The notes under the pieces were generated by a model that saw nothing but the letters and a program-made list of their open reading frames with translations, did not search any database and had not been told where the DNA came from. DNA of 63,588 nucleotides, counting the filler, from Choristocarpus tenellus KU-1152 (Eukaryota > Protista > Phaeophyceae): the NCBI GenBank assembly GCA_964200185.2. It is 14 parts of 14 records of this genome, joined end to end, with 100 filler letters (N's around TTAATTAATTAA, not from the genome) between each part and the next. Parts side by side here need not be neighbours in the genome. Positions count along the whole stretch, not along the records: positions 33,639 to 41,495 come from CAXNAD020005485.1; positions 41,596 to 44,258 come from CAXNAD020025852.1; positions 44,359 to 49,803 come from CAXNAD020010751.1; positions 49,904 to 54,176 come from CAXNAD020015348.1; 10 more parts are not named here. The stretch is one strand, 5' to 3'. The position numbers and the translations under genes were made by a program. Position 1 is the stretch's first letter. Each line of letters starts with the position of its first letter. Below are positions 37,601-51,180 of this stretch, piece after piece.

Positions 37601-40600
37601 TCCTGGCGACAAGTGCTCCTGGCCCTCTTCATCCCCACCCCCAACACTGTTCTTGATACCTTTACCCTCCCCCCACTCCCCTCTGCCTGCTAAGGATGTA
37701 CCTACCCAACTGCTTTCATCACCAGCAACTGATTGTTGTTCAAGCCTTCTCCTTCCCCTTGCCTCTGCTGAATTTTTAAAACTTAGTCTAGCCACCTCCT
37801 GCTGAGCTACTCCAAGTTCTACCCTTGCAGCTGCAAGCTCAGATTTTGTGTCTTTCAGTTCAGCTAATGCTGCTCTAATTCTAGATGTGTTGATGTTGTT
37901 GCTTGTGCCCATGCCGCCAAAACTGTCGAGACTGTCTGATCCATCCTGCCCCCTCTGTTGCTGGCCAACCTTCTCAGCTTGGAGGCGCACAAGTTGCCCT
38001 TCTGTCTCAATCCTCATAGCCTTCTCGTGTTCCTATCGCATTTGGGATGGTGGTTTAGGTTTATGATCTGGATCCTTCAAGTGTAAAATTATCTAGACAG
38101 GCGTAGAGGTTAGAGATAGACAACTGTTGTACTGGTGAGATTAACAAGATGGGACATGCACTGCAATACCCCGAAGAATATTTCTGGCACATTTACAATA
38201 CACATGCACAACACTGTGCGAGATACAAGATACTTGAGTAAAAACCTTGCAGGAATACACTGCCGCAAATCACTGAAGATGAATGAAGAAATGAAAATAT
38301 TATTAGACCTCTAGTGACATAATTGATAACAACGTAAGGGTTTGAAGTGAACTAGTTGGCAGAAAATTACAGATGCACAGATGGAAGTATTTTCCCCAAA
38401 CACATTGATCATGGGCCACCCAGATCTTAAAAGAAGCTGCAAATGATAACAGACCTGACACCCAGTCAGGGCAGGCGTATTCGTATCTGTATGTATTCAT
38501 TGACAACAAATAAGGCGGCCGAGGAGACATGTGCAGACTCATAAAGTAGGTATGTTGAAGCACGCAGGGAATGTTACACTTGTCTTCGATAGAGCTTCAA
38601 TAAAAGATGGGGGAGCTTCAAACCATCAATATGATTGCACAGAGCATATCCAGGAAGAGGCAAACCATTATACCTGAAAGTGTAATTCAATATTTCAAAT
38701 GCTTGCCAACAACAAAACACATCAGAACTGATTCCACAATCATTGTCAGTACCAGCAAATAGACTATATATGAAGGCCTGGAAAAATATTCATGACAAGG
38801 CCCCCCTTGAGGGCAAATTTTTTCACTGAAGAAAAGTAGTAATTGGTTGGTTACCAAAATATCTCGCACAGGTCTTACAGAGGTTCAAAGACCAGCGAGT
38901 TGATGTACAAGTAGATTTGGTGCCTTCTATAGACCACAAAAACAAAGGTTAGTTGCTATGTGCAAACAAATGGTTATTATTTCAACAGCTTTTGAAATGA
39001 CTATCTGGCCCACCTCCTGTTATCTTAATTGTGCTCTGTTGTTTGTGACATCAGTGTTATACTTCCTACATCAGCCACAGGAAATGTAAAGAGACCTAAC
39101 AAACAGGGTGTCTTGGCTTCCTTGGTCATTTGTCAGTCATGTTCATGGGGTTTCACACAACTTTGAACTCACCCCAAAATCATTGATTTGCAGTGTTCCT
39201 GCTGGTAGAGCTAAATAGTTGGAATCTACATGTAGCAAATAAAAACATTGATTGCATAGGCGACTCTGACAGAGTCATCAAGATAAGTCAATCACCACAG
39301 CTGTCACCAGTTTGAACGGCTGCAAAACCAATACGCTATCCCTTGCACCCTTTGGGAGACCCTCACTTACTTTCCCCTGGTTTCCTTCCTAAGGATTATA
39401 GAAAAACTTACCACGTTTGCCCCCTCTTCTTGGAGACTATGGCGGAGGTCATCTGAAACACTTTCAAGGATGGAAACTCGCGCCTGCATTTCTTCCAACT
39501 TTGACTTGGCAGCCTTGAGCTTGAGTCCCAATGCCTCTGCCTCACTATAGGCTTTTGTCAGCTGTTGCGTACTCTGTGAATTTTCGTCAGGGGAAGTTGA
39601 AAAGACTTCACTAGTGCTACTTTAGGGGGTAGTTCAGGAAAGTAACACAGGGTAGTTGGGGATGATTCATGATTTGTGCAGTCCAGTTGTTTGGTATCGG
39701 TTTTCCATCAATGTTGCCGCAAGAGCCACAAAAGCACAGAAGAAAAAACTTCAATTTTGGACAACCAACTTGTGTCTTCCAACCAAGACACAACAGACAG
39801 GGTGTCTTAGAGGGAAATAACAAAGGGAAGGCAATGCTTACACTCCTCGAAACACTTAGGAACTACAACACAACAATCTTGAAGTCCTTCCTCTACACCA
39901 ACTTAGGCCCTCACAGCTTCTGCATCTGCTTTTGCGGCTGCTGCTTGAGCATCCTCTGCTCTAACACTTCTTGCCCTCTGTATGGCATGTGTAACCATCA
40001 TCACCTCCAGTGCAATGAAGGCTGCCTCAACCTTAAGGATTGATAGTTGAATGCAACATTTGGGTTTGGAGGAGAGCATGAAAATGGAGCAAGGCAAGGA
40101 ATAAATTGAGATGGGAGGGAAGGGGAGGGTGACCTTGGATGAAATGGGCGCACAGTTGAATCTTCCTCTTGATATCGATATGATATAATGGAGAAAACAC
40201 TATAAAGACCCCAAATGCCAGCAGTGCTAAAGCACTTCTTGTCGAGATATGGTACTGTTCACTGGTACAGTACCTCATGAACCTTCGTGTGCGTGCTTTT
40301 TGAGAACTCCTACATGAAGGTGACTTGACAGTCATTTGACGTCTTCCTGTCAGAGCTGAATCGAATCAAGCCAAAATTAGCTCCAATATATCAAAGCACT
40401 CACCCCCATAACCTACATCCATACCAAACGCTGTCCCTCCCATGGAGAACTAATGCAACCTATACATAAGAGGGAGGGCATCGTTGTACTAACACAGGAA
40501 CTAATGAGTCTCACCTCGACTTCCACCTCTGCTGCAGATGCTCTCTCAACTGATACCGATTTCCACTCCCCTCCATGATGCCCTTCTTTCTGATGTGTCA

Positions 40601-40928
40601 CTGCCTGCCATGGCTGGCTGCGACTGAGGTTGGAGACACCATCTTCTCCCCTCCCACTGCCACCGCATCTATTCCTTGTGCTTGTGTCAAATGTTCTACC
40701 CCTGACCTCAGCCTCAGTCTCATGGCTGCCCCTCCTGGCTCTGCTTGATGGCCAGGATGTCCCCAGCTGTCTTGCAACCTCGCCATGGGTGGAGGCGCTT
40801 CTGAAGGTCCCTCTGCAAAGGCGATGAGATTCTCCAAACTCACTACAGATAGGGCTCACCAGTTGCGAGGTGTGGGGTTCGCTAGGCTGCTGTTTGATTA
40901 CCTTCAATTCTGCTTCAAGGTTTTCCAC
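34696..40928 (-). CDS. Large coiled-coil protein, internal exons (unidentified)
   Basis: E/Q/A/L/R-rich exons 40515-40928, 39915-40031, ~39412-39573, ~37421-38032, ~36585-36713 and 34696-35073 with GT-AG borders. At least one linking exon was not resolved. Confidence 0.7.
35380..36370 (-). pseudogene. Possible decayed PIF/Harbinger-like transposase remnant in an intron
   Basis: Broken frames containing ..HLHDT and LSRVIVERFFRL (reminiscent of DDE_Tnp_4 HD and R..VE..F..L motifs). Weak. Confidence 0.28.
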
Positions 40929-43338
40929 CTTTTTGGGTTATGTGTCGGTGTGGTAATGGGGTTGAGGTGATCTTGGGAAGATAGAAGCAGGGAAGGAGCT
41001 AATTAATGTCACCAAGAGAAGGCAATGTGGTGAAGGGGTTGGGGTTGTGTATGGTGATGGGGTTAAGAGTTCTGTGTGATAGGGGTAGGAATGGTTTTCA
41101 GGCATTCCGGCATTGACTGGGACTGATTTGGGGGAAGAAAAAAAGTGGTTGAGATATGGTTGAGATATGGTTGTGTGGGTGTGGGTGTGGCAAGTAGGGG
41201 ATAGGGTTTGGGGAAAGAACTGAGGGGTATTGATACTCAGAGAAAGAGGGAGAGCAGAAAACCGATCAAGTTCAACAGCAAGCAAGCAGATACAAGAGTG
41301 GGACTCTCATATTCTGGGTTTCCTCAATGAGTGTACTAAGAGGGAGATGCCATTGAACTTTAAGGAACTCTAAGATGCCTTATATTATAGGTATTTTGAG
41401 TGACATAGAGTTTTTTTTGGTGAAAAGTCCACAGTTAATCATATCTTCTACAGCCACACCCTCTGAAGGGATATTTTTTGAAGTTTTTTTTTTAGNNNNN
41501 NNNNNNNNNNNNNNNNNNNNNNNNNNNNNNNNNNNNNNNTTAATTAATTAANNNNNNNNNNNNNNNNNNNNNNNNNNNNNNNNNNNNNNNNNNNNCTGTA
41601 ACAGATACCCCTAATTGATATCTGAAGGTGACCTGGTTGATAAGACTTGTATAACAACTAAGTGCCTTCTATCTCTTGAGTGAAAAAGTAGGAAGGACAT
41701 GGTATAAATCGTTCCATTATTTGGAAAACGGGTTTTCTCTGGTTTAGCCAAATGTAAAGGATCCGAGTTCCGATTTACCTACCCCACTCTTTGGGCCGTA
41801 GTCTCCACAACCAACTCAGCTTCGCCCTTCCTGACTTAGGAATTTCTACTTTTTGCGAAGGGACTTACTTGCCTCAACTTCTTGTCACCTGATCTCGTCT
41901 TGAGATTAATTGATCCTGCTCCAGGTACGGAACCCCTCATGTTACCTGATGCCCATGAGTCCCACATACAGATCTTTTCTCATCCATTACTCGTGGCGCA
42001 GTTGGTCCACAAAACATTGGAGCCTGCACCCCTAGGTTCACTGTTTCTTGAGATAGTTGTGTTTTTCATCTTTAAAAGGGTTGCACAGGCGCAAAATGAG
42101 CTCCACTCCGCACATTTTTCCGTCCTTTGTGGATTCATGTTCATCTGGTGAGTCAGGCTTGGTGTAACTCCCACGTTCTTCCCGTTCCACTGCTAGAGCT
42201 CTCTCTCTTCCAGATCCTCCCACTCCTTGACCTGCCCTCTACCCTCCCCGTTCCTGCATGCCCAGATCCTCCACTCCCCAATCCTCTGCTCACCCCTCTC
42301 AAGGTCTTCGTACTCAACCCAACCAACCCCGACACATCAAAAAACAGCATTTTTTTTCCGGTCCCGTCAGAAAAGGGCATGTTGTCTTCCTCCAATCATA
42401 TTGTTTATCATTCTTCCTAAGTTGCAGCTTTTCTCACACCGAACCTCAAGCTCTCTCATTCGTCATTGACGTCGTCAACCTCACATCTGCAGCCAGATCG
42501 TTGACACCTCTAAATTCTTCCTGTGCTCTAAGAAAAAGAGCATAGGAGGGGAGAAAACTGTCCCTACTCGACTAATCAACACTCTGAGTTTCAGCAGTAT
42601 CTTATTTGACCACATCTCCACACCATTGGTCAATGCCAACTCTTATGCAATAGCTGATGTGTTGACACAATCTCGCAAGGCATCTGGATGTCTCACAAAA
42701 TAAATACAGACTCTATTTTGCAGTGATGGCCATAATTGGTAGCTTAACTTGCTGAGCCAACTTCTTGGCCTCATTCTATTCCTCCAAGTCGGGCAATAGA
42801 ATATTTTGCATCGTGTCCATCATTGTCGATTGATGATCCACTGGAGATAGAAATGAAGCTGGTCCTTTACACTCAATCTTCTTGGGCGAATCCCGTAAAC
42901 TTCAAGGCTACTATCCCCCTTAGCTTATTTGCCATCTGCTCGGATACATAGCATCCATTCCCAGGAATTCTTGCAATTCGAACTCCTCGTTGCCATTGTC
43001 GTGAAAGGTAGCTTTGTTGGAAAACCTCCCCTTAAACACTGCCTGCCTCAGGTACATATGCGATAATATGCCACAACCAAAGCTTCCCCCCCCCTTTGGT
43101 CTGTGCCCTTCTCAACTCATCACCTGTACTACTTTCTACTATAAGGGGATAATTGTTTCGGGCCAATTCCCTCCTAGTCCTTTCACTTACCAGCGAGTTT
43201 CTCTCTATCAGTTACTAGAAATCTGTTCATTCAGGTGTCTCCAATGTCCACAAGGAGCTTTCTGTTGATGCATGTAACATCATTGTTCAAACGTCCTATA
43301 CCTACCTCCTTACACAACCAGGAGACTCTTTCCCATGT

Positions 43339-43596
43339 GAGACAAAGTATCTTAGAGGGTAGCAACGCGTCCATTTGGAGGTCAAAATCCATTGTTGCAA
43401 TTTTGATGAAAAATTGGCTATCGTGCTTGTTAGGAAGTGTCAATGTCCTTGCTTCGGACACACATTTTCATAACATAAACATTTTACCTACTCCGAAACA
43501 CTTTGGAGTAGGAAATGTCATTAAAAAAAACATGGGGAGCCAAGCCCCAAATGGACAAACAGGGCATAACTCGTACCCTCTAAGATACTTTCACTC
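43339..43596. mobile_element. MITE family A, second full copy
   Basis: TIR gagacaaagtatcttagagggta...taccctctaagatactttcactc; TSD ATGT at 43335-43338 and 43597-43600. Confidence 0.9.
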
Positions 43597-44463
43597 ATGT
43601 AGTTAATCATACTTGCATCCACTCCACGATCCCGTTACCATCCTTGCTTTGGTCGTTATTGGTCCCCTATCCCTTACCATCAATCTCCACCCGCTTCACC
43701 TGTCTCTCCTTCATGTGCCCTTGTTTCACGTCCCGTTCAGAAAATATCCTAGGGATGTATCCACTTATTTCAACATCAGGAGGACTAGTGTTACCTCTCT
43801 TTCCTACCTACCCCCTTCACGAGTATCCCTTGATCGAGAAACCTCTTCCTTCCCCCACTGGTCACCAGCCTCTCTGCTTTCAGCGGCACTTCCCAGCTGA
43901 TCCATAGCGGTACTCCAACCCTTTATTTTAATCTCCAACTTGATAACATAATCTTGAACGTTTAGTGCACGAGTTGCTTCCTTCCACTCAACGAACATTA
44001 GTTTCCAAGAAAACACTATTCTATGAATACACACACCATTTATTTATTGAAAATAAGTCTTTTCAGTCATCATACGTACACGCATCCATCCATCCACATA
44101 ATATGGTACACATCCTTAAGCCTTTCGCCTTTTCAGTAAGGTATAATAATACAACTATTAATACTTCTATTTTTGTTTTGCTCACGAATTCTGGATTATT
44201 ATTATTATTTTGCACATTCCTATTTTCTTATTCCTCAATCCTCTATTCCCCATTTGATNNNNNNNNNNNNNNNNNNNNNNNNNNNNNNNNNNNNNNNNNN
44301 NNTTAATTAATTAANNNNNNNNNNNNNNNNNNNNNNNNNNNNNNNNNNNNNNNNNNNNCGGGGTGGTGATATAGAGGTAGATTGAGCTTATCACTTGCAA
44401 ACAGGAGAGTGAAATGTTTTTGAGGCATGTCACTCTGCTTCCGCCTGCCCCCACAATGCCCAC

Positions 44464-47400
44464 CTGGTATAGCCCTTTCCTCCACTCCAGTCTCCAGTAC
44501 CACGCCCAACTCCCCTCCCACCACCCCAGTCTCCTCCCCGTCCTCCACCGCGGCCACTGCCCCTTCCCCCCCTGTCATCCCTGTAGCCAAAGCCCCCAGT
44601 AAGGGCATCAACCAGACGCTCATTGCTCTCCACAAGGTTAGCTGCCTGCCTCGGTAGCACACAATCCCCAGCAAATATTCAATGCGTGTAACAAATGACA
44701 GTAACAGACATATATTATATATATATATATCAGTCAGTGTTCAAAAGACATTAGACACTGCAACTGGTACAATAAGAAGAGGGAACTGACTTGAATAAAT
44801 CATGGATATGGACGTGATTTGGGAGCATGGACTGTGTGTTCTTAAGGACGCAGCACATAAAATGGTTGGGCAGACAGAGCAGGTGGAGTATTAATATGTG
44901 TGGGGCGCAGGGAGAAAGATAAAAATAAAACAAAAAGCATTTGATGCATGTTTGTTGGCGACTCTTGACTGGTGTACAGTGGATAAAATTTCTCATACAG
45001 GGCATATATTCCGGAATCAGCACACTATACATTCATTGCTCAGCAGTATATTTCCAACATCACAACTACCAGCCAGGGAAGTCAGCCTAAGGTACATACA
45101 AACCAAGTACGTGGATCAAAAACAGTTTCGAACATGGGTCACAAACCAGCTAGAAAAAAATAAATACACTGACTCAACAATAATAAAACACACATGCAGT
45201 GCCCAAACAGAGGCACCCAATTTGTCGATTCTTGAAAGCAAATGCGAACCGTGCACATTCACACAAAAAATGAACCAATCAAAAATCACCTCCCACTTCC
45301 AAATTTTTGATTGATCCCCGCGACGTAACTGAATGACTACAATCCACAACACTATTAAAATGAAAAATACTTACAAGTGTACAACTACATCACAGCCGCT
45401 ACTGTTTGTGTGATTTTAAAAAGGAGATGTGCACCGATAGCACCGAGAGATGTTGACAAGTGAAACTACTAACTTTAATAGTACAATATATAGATAGTTA
45501 TTGACAAGTGAAAGTATTAACTTTAATCATACAGCATGTTGATAGTTATTGAAAAGTGAAAGTACTAACTTTAATAGTACAGTATATTGATAGTTACTGA
45601 CAAGTGAAAGTACTAACTTTGATACACACTATATTGATATTTACTGACAGGTGAAAGTATTAACTTTTATGGTACAGTATATTGATAGTTATTGAAAAGT
45701 GAAAGTACTAACTGTAATCATACAGTATATTGATACAAAATGTACGTATGCAAGTATACATGCCTTAGCCCAATCAAGAGTACAATCCCAGCACCTTTCA
45801 GTGAAATGATGTGTAGTTATGAGAACCTCAACCGTGTACACATCGTTGAGGTAGGTAAACACCTATCATCAATTAATGAATTCCTATTTGCATCACAAAG
45901 TCAACACATGCAGTCAGTTCATGACGCAAATCTTCACTCCATTGAGTCTACACACTGGAACCCTAACCCTAACCCTAATCCTATCACAGTGGGAAAAGAT
46001 ACCACCTTACACAGAGAGAACATATAACACCATACCCATCGAGTACTACACATAGACAAACACCCTTGATTACTTCCAACTACCATTGTACACAATTTCA
46101 TCACCAAAACAATGGAGATTACCACAACTATCCAAGAAGTCACTTGCCTTTTTCCCAATCAAAAACTTGAAACCATCTACATTGCCTACTATTTACAACA
46201 ATAACTTGATCCATACAGTCTGACAATTTGGAACATTCACCATCCTTCAATTCTCATCCCAACCTTAGTATCACCCCCTCACTCCACCTCCCGTCCCCCG
46301 TCCCCCGTACCCACTTTGAACCGCCCTTTCTATTCTCAATCAGAATAATTTCGTCAAACCACCAAATTCAGACTCAAGATTAAATTTAAAAAAATAAACC
46401 CCTGCAATATTTATACCCCACCATACTTCATGCTTTCTGTCACTCAGCAAATTTTGTCCACATGATTATATTCAGGCTCATTATATCATTTTACCATCAT
46501 TGTGACGTCTGCACCCCCACCCCAGCCCACCCCCACCCCATATTTTCACATTCAATTCCCTCACTAGACACAAAGCGACCCCCCAATTAGTCATCAATCA
46601 TATTGCCCCAAATATACACTTTTTCAAGAACATTACACCTACGACATAAAACACAATGCAACCATAAACATCTTCACTACCTTAATCCCCCCCCCACCTC
46701 CCCTCCCTCCCTTCTTAACCCTCTACATGTATGTCACTCAGCAAGGTTTTTTCCACAAGAAATTTCAGGCTCATTATATCATTTTGCCATCATCGTGACC
46801 ACTACATCACTTTGCCATGTTCTTGATCGCCCCCAGACACTACCCCCACCTCCATCAAGAACCCTTGAGTGAAGACCCAATAAATTCCTATCTGCCTTAT
46901 TTTAAAAAAAAATTAACTTGTAAACTAAAAACAAGCCACTTGTGCACTTCATTGGAACAGTGCAACTGAACATCTCCGCGATGACAGTAGACACACACAC
47001 AACCATCTCATCTAACCCTTCACCAACAGGTATTGTTTATTTTGTAGACCAGGATAATTTATATTGATAGTATTCATCCACCGAGCCAGCTACCAAAGAC
47101 AACAATTGTGAGACATGATTTCAGCACTAATACAACTACTTCATAAACCTTTCTCTTGATATTATCAACTAAGACAAATTAATCAAAACAATCAAAAAAC
47201 ACTTTTCACCGGAATCATCTGTACATGACCATACCCTCCACTTAAAGACCACTGTTTGAACACCACACAAGCAAATCTTACCTCATTTAGTACATGTAAA
47301 ACCTTCACCAAATAAACTATTTCACTAAACATATTGATTACTTCTCAACCCCCCAAGTCACTCAACTCATGTCACCACCCACCTCTCCCCCACCGCCTCC

Positions 47401-48986
47401 ATCAAAGAACCTTAAAAAAATAATAAGTACCACAATTATACACCACACCTACAGAATATATTTGAAGCACTACACTACTACAAGTCCACACAATCACAAA
47501 TTGTAGAACACCCAATACACACCTTGTCAGCAAACTTGAGCGCCAACATCTGAAGCGTGTTAGGATCCTCCTTCCTCAGCACCACAGTCTCCGTTGGCTG
47601 GTCCCAGCTCCCATAGAGTTCCTGAGCATTTCAATACCATAACAATAAAGAGGGGTGAAGATGGATGAAAAAATAACGCTGATCATGACAAGCTGCTCTC
47701 AAGAGGAGGGACACCGTTGAACAATGATAAAAATTTGTCGATCGTGTAACCGCCTTCCATAACAATAAAAATACAAGAAAACGAATCAACTTGTAGACAC
47801 TCCTCGTAAAGCCAACTGACTCAACACTCCTCACCATCTCTTGCACTCTTAGTCACAGAATTTAACCAACACAACACCCACCTGGCATCGCTTCTGTCTT
47901 CAACATGTCAGGGGGTAAAGATAGAATCCAAAAACCCTCATAGCAGACACAATCCACTCATCACAATAACATATATAGTCTACACACTCCAATACCATTT
48001 ACAGATTCTACAAACCTTACAGGGGGGTATTCACTTAGGACACCTTGCAACTTCGGAATGACCACTGCCTGTGACACACAGAGGTGCATCAAGTCATCTC
48101 ATTTCAGCCTCTCACACAAAAAGGAAAATTTGGCTCTGCCAACAAGAGCCAAGGCAAGGCCGACATAGCCCATTCACAGGACGAATACATCGGAAATCAC
48201 AGGAGACACCCTAAATTATGTCAGACCACCTTCAATATCAAACAAAACCCAAGAATCTTCTACTCTCCTGAAGAGGCTAACACCATAACCAAAACAATCA
48301 ACCTGAAGAAACAGCACTAATAGGGGGTTACAGCCAATACACCTCATCTCTATATTGCTGTATCCCCTCCTATCTCACTCCCGTGTCCCCAACAAGTTAC
48401 CCTACAAATTACCGTACAAATTATCGTACACGTTACCCTACAAGTTACCCAACAAGTTACCCACATGATTGAGCATCATCTTGCTGATGATGGAGTGTGC
48501 TCTCCGCTTATCCAGATCAAACATCTCACACAGGGTGGGCAGGCTCAACGATTCATAGTACGGGGAGTACGTGAACAGGAAAGTACGCAGTGCCTCCACC
48601 TTGAGATGCGGTAAAACAGAAAGAATTAAAAAGGTTAACAAAAAGCACAAGAAGGCCTCCCACACAGATACTTAAGAATAAGAGTCAACCGTCGTGTTGG
48701 TGGGGTGAGGAGAGTTGTGCAAAAACTATTGAATACTACCGACAAAAATAGCACACCCGTACGTCCCGCCTCTGGAAACAAACCAGAGCGAACCAATCAA
48801 AAGATTGATACACACGCTTGCATTAACTAACACTAACAGCTCATAGTTTAACATTTTTGACTCATCGCCTTCCCCCCCCCCCCAGCCCTCTCGCAATTGC
48901 CACTGCCCACCTGAATCTTCTCCTTGACCATAGCCTTGACCTTCTCGCCCATGCCATCCCCTGGAATAAGGTTCCACACATCCAAT
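44464..48986 (-). CDS. EIF3C: Eukaryotic translation initiation factor 3 subunit C, PCI domain and RGG tail exons
   Basis: Exons 48911-48986 ([19 protein letters not shown]), 48465-48599 ([35 protein letters not shown]), 47523-47621 ([26 protein letters not shown]) and 44464-44645 ([11 protein letters not shown], then RGG repeats). Confidence 0.95.
45453..45735. repeat. AT-rich 48-bp minisatellite, ~6 diverged copies, in an eIF3c intron
   Basis: Consensus ttgacaagtgaaagtactaactttaatagtacagtatattgatagtta. Confidence 0.92.
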
Positions 48987-49932
48987 CTGACCATAAAATG
49001 AGCAACAATCATTGTAGAGATATGGTGTTATATACAATGCATACATAAGATTGACACTAAAAAGAGGGTACAACCTTTGGGGGGGGGGGGGGGGGGGGGG
49101 GGGGAACAAAAATAAAAAAAAAAAAAAACAAAGGATAGGAATGATCTTACAATTTCACCAGTAACAGTATCACGAACCCAAGAATATTACACATATCAAC
49201 AGTTTCCCGCATAGTTACAGCATATTACTAACTTAACAAAACCCTAACCCTTAACATACAAAGACGGACCAGAGTGCTATTAATACACAGAGAAATCAGC
49301 ATGCTTCCAAGAGTAGTTATCAATTTATGCTTGTTGCTGAAGCCAAGCAATACGACCCAGTTGCTACCTAAAATTCTATCCTGTACCTTCCAGTAGCCAT
49401 AGCAAAAAGGTGAAGTTGTAGAGGCCAAAAGGCATACATGAAAATCCCAAAAGACATTTCACAGCGACTGTAAACATAACGTCAAAAAGCACTAAATCAG
49501 ACTAACTCTTCACCCACTTCATTCAACACCAAGCACAATACTAGCAAACCAAAACCCAAATCATCACACACACTACATCTCACACAAAAAAAACATCCCA
49601 CAATGTTTCATCATCAACACTGCACCACCTCATCCGTTAAACACCCCCAACAAATAACAAGAACCCTTCTAAATCTAAGCACAGACAGGGTATATCTCTA
49701 CCGTGAAAAGCTAACAATAAAAATGATCTCAACGACTTGACCATGCTCAAACTAATGCCCTCGCCCTCCCCTCCCCTCCCCTCCCCTCCCCTCCCCTCCC
49801 CTCNNNNNNNNNNNNNNNNNNNNNNNNNNNNNNNNNNNNNNNNNNNNTTAATTAATTAANNNNNNNNNNNNNNNNNNNNNNNNNNNNNNNNNNNNNNNNN
49901 NNNTCGTGTTTCTTAGATTACGGGGGGGTGGT

Positions 49933-49975
<43 letters not shown>

Positions 49976-51180
49976 GGGGGGGATGCTTCGTGTCCTAGCC
50001 GAGAGAGAAATAGAAACATGATCATTTGAGGAGGTTTAAAAGTGATTTGGAGATGGGTCAGCAGTTCGCTTGAGAGCTGGTAGTATCGGGTTCATTCCTT
50101 TGACAGTAGGGGTAGCCAACAGGGACGTGTGTATTCCTGTAGTGATCTTCTTAGGAACGGAAGATCAGCCCGAATATGTGTTCGTATTTTGGTAATTGAG
50201 TTTTATTTCCCTCAGGTAGCAGCGATGTAGTCCCGAGAAGATTGAGAATGGGAGATTGAAAATCGGAATGTGTTGCTGATGTCAGTAGTTTTATGACACA
50301 GCCCCTGGTCGATCTCCATCACCCTCAGCAAGGTCTTGTACTAATTTGTTTTGTTGTTCGAAGACCCGTACTTCCTGAAATTATTTTTTGGTGCGTATTT
50401 TGCTATCTTGTACCTGAAACGGTAAACTATTAGACCCTTGGGATTGGTCATGATGTGTTAATGGAAGCAGCTGAGACTTGAAGTGTGTATGGCTTTGCTA
50501 TGGTTGTTGGTCCGGGTTGTCCATCCGTTAGACATTCCAAAAGCAGCGTTGGTAAAAAGGTGTGGTCTCAACCATGGCCTACTCACAAAGCGTGTAGGTG
50601 ATCAAGTATCGGTATGAAAATTGCATTGACCTTCCTGCATAGAAGAATATAGGTTTAATGTTACTTTTATTGTTCCTGCCAACTGAATCGGAGCTGTTGA
50701 ATGCACATGGGGTTAGATTTTGCTTCTATTTTTTTTTAGCTGCGATGGTGTAGGAACCCCCAAAAACCAGATCAACTTTGTGTATCTGGCTGGGTATGGA
50801 AAAACTGACTCTATTCAATTTTGAATTTTAAGATGAATGCTCCGAAATCGTTTTAGGTATTACCTTAACAATTGTGTGGAGTTTGTGGTTCCAATCCCTT
50901 CGATGCTGAATGTGTTTTTGTTGCAAGTCCGTGGTGGCGTAAGGTAGTCCTTTTGTCCTGTGTGAAATTTGTGAGTTCAACTCCCTCCGAAGCCATAAGT
51001 TTTTTTCACGTATGTATTTTTTTTAATGGGAAGAGTCATGCAAAAAACTTGTGGTGAAGTGTAGAGGGGGGTGGTATGATAGTAGTTACAGACCCCCTGT
51101 GTTATTGCTTGCAGCAATAGTTAACATTGAGATTTGTATAATCTTAAATGCACTTGTTTATGTGTGTGTGTGTGTGATAG

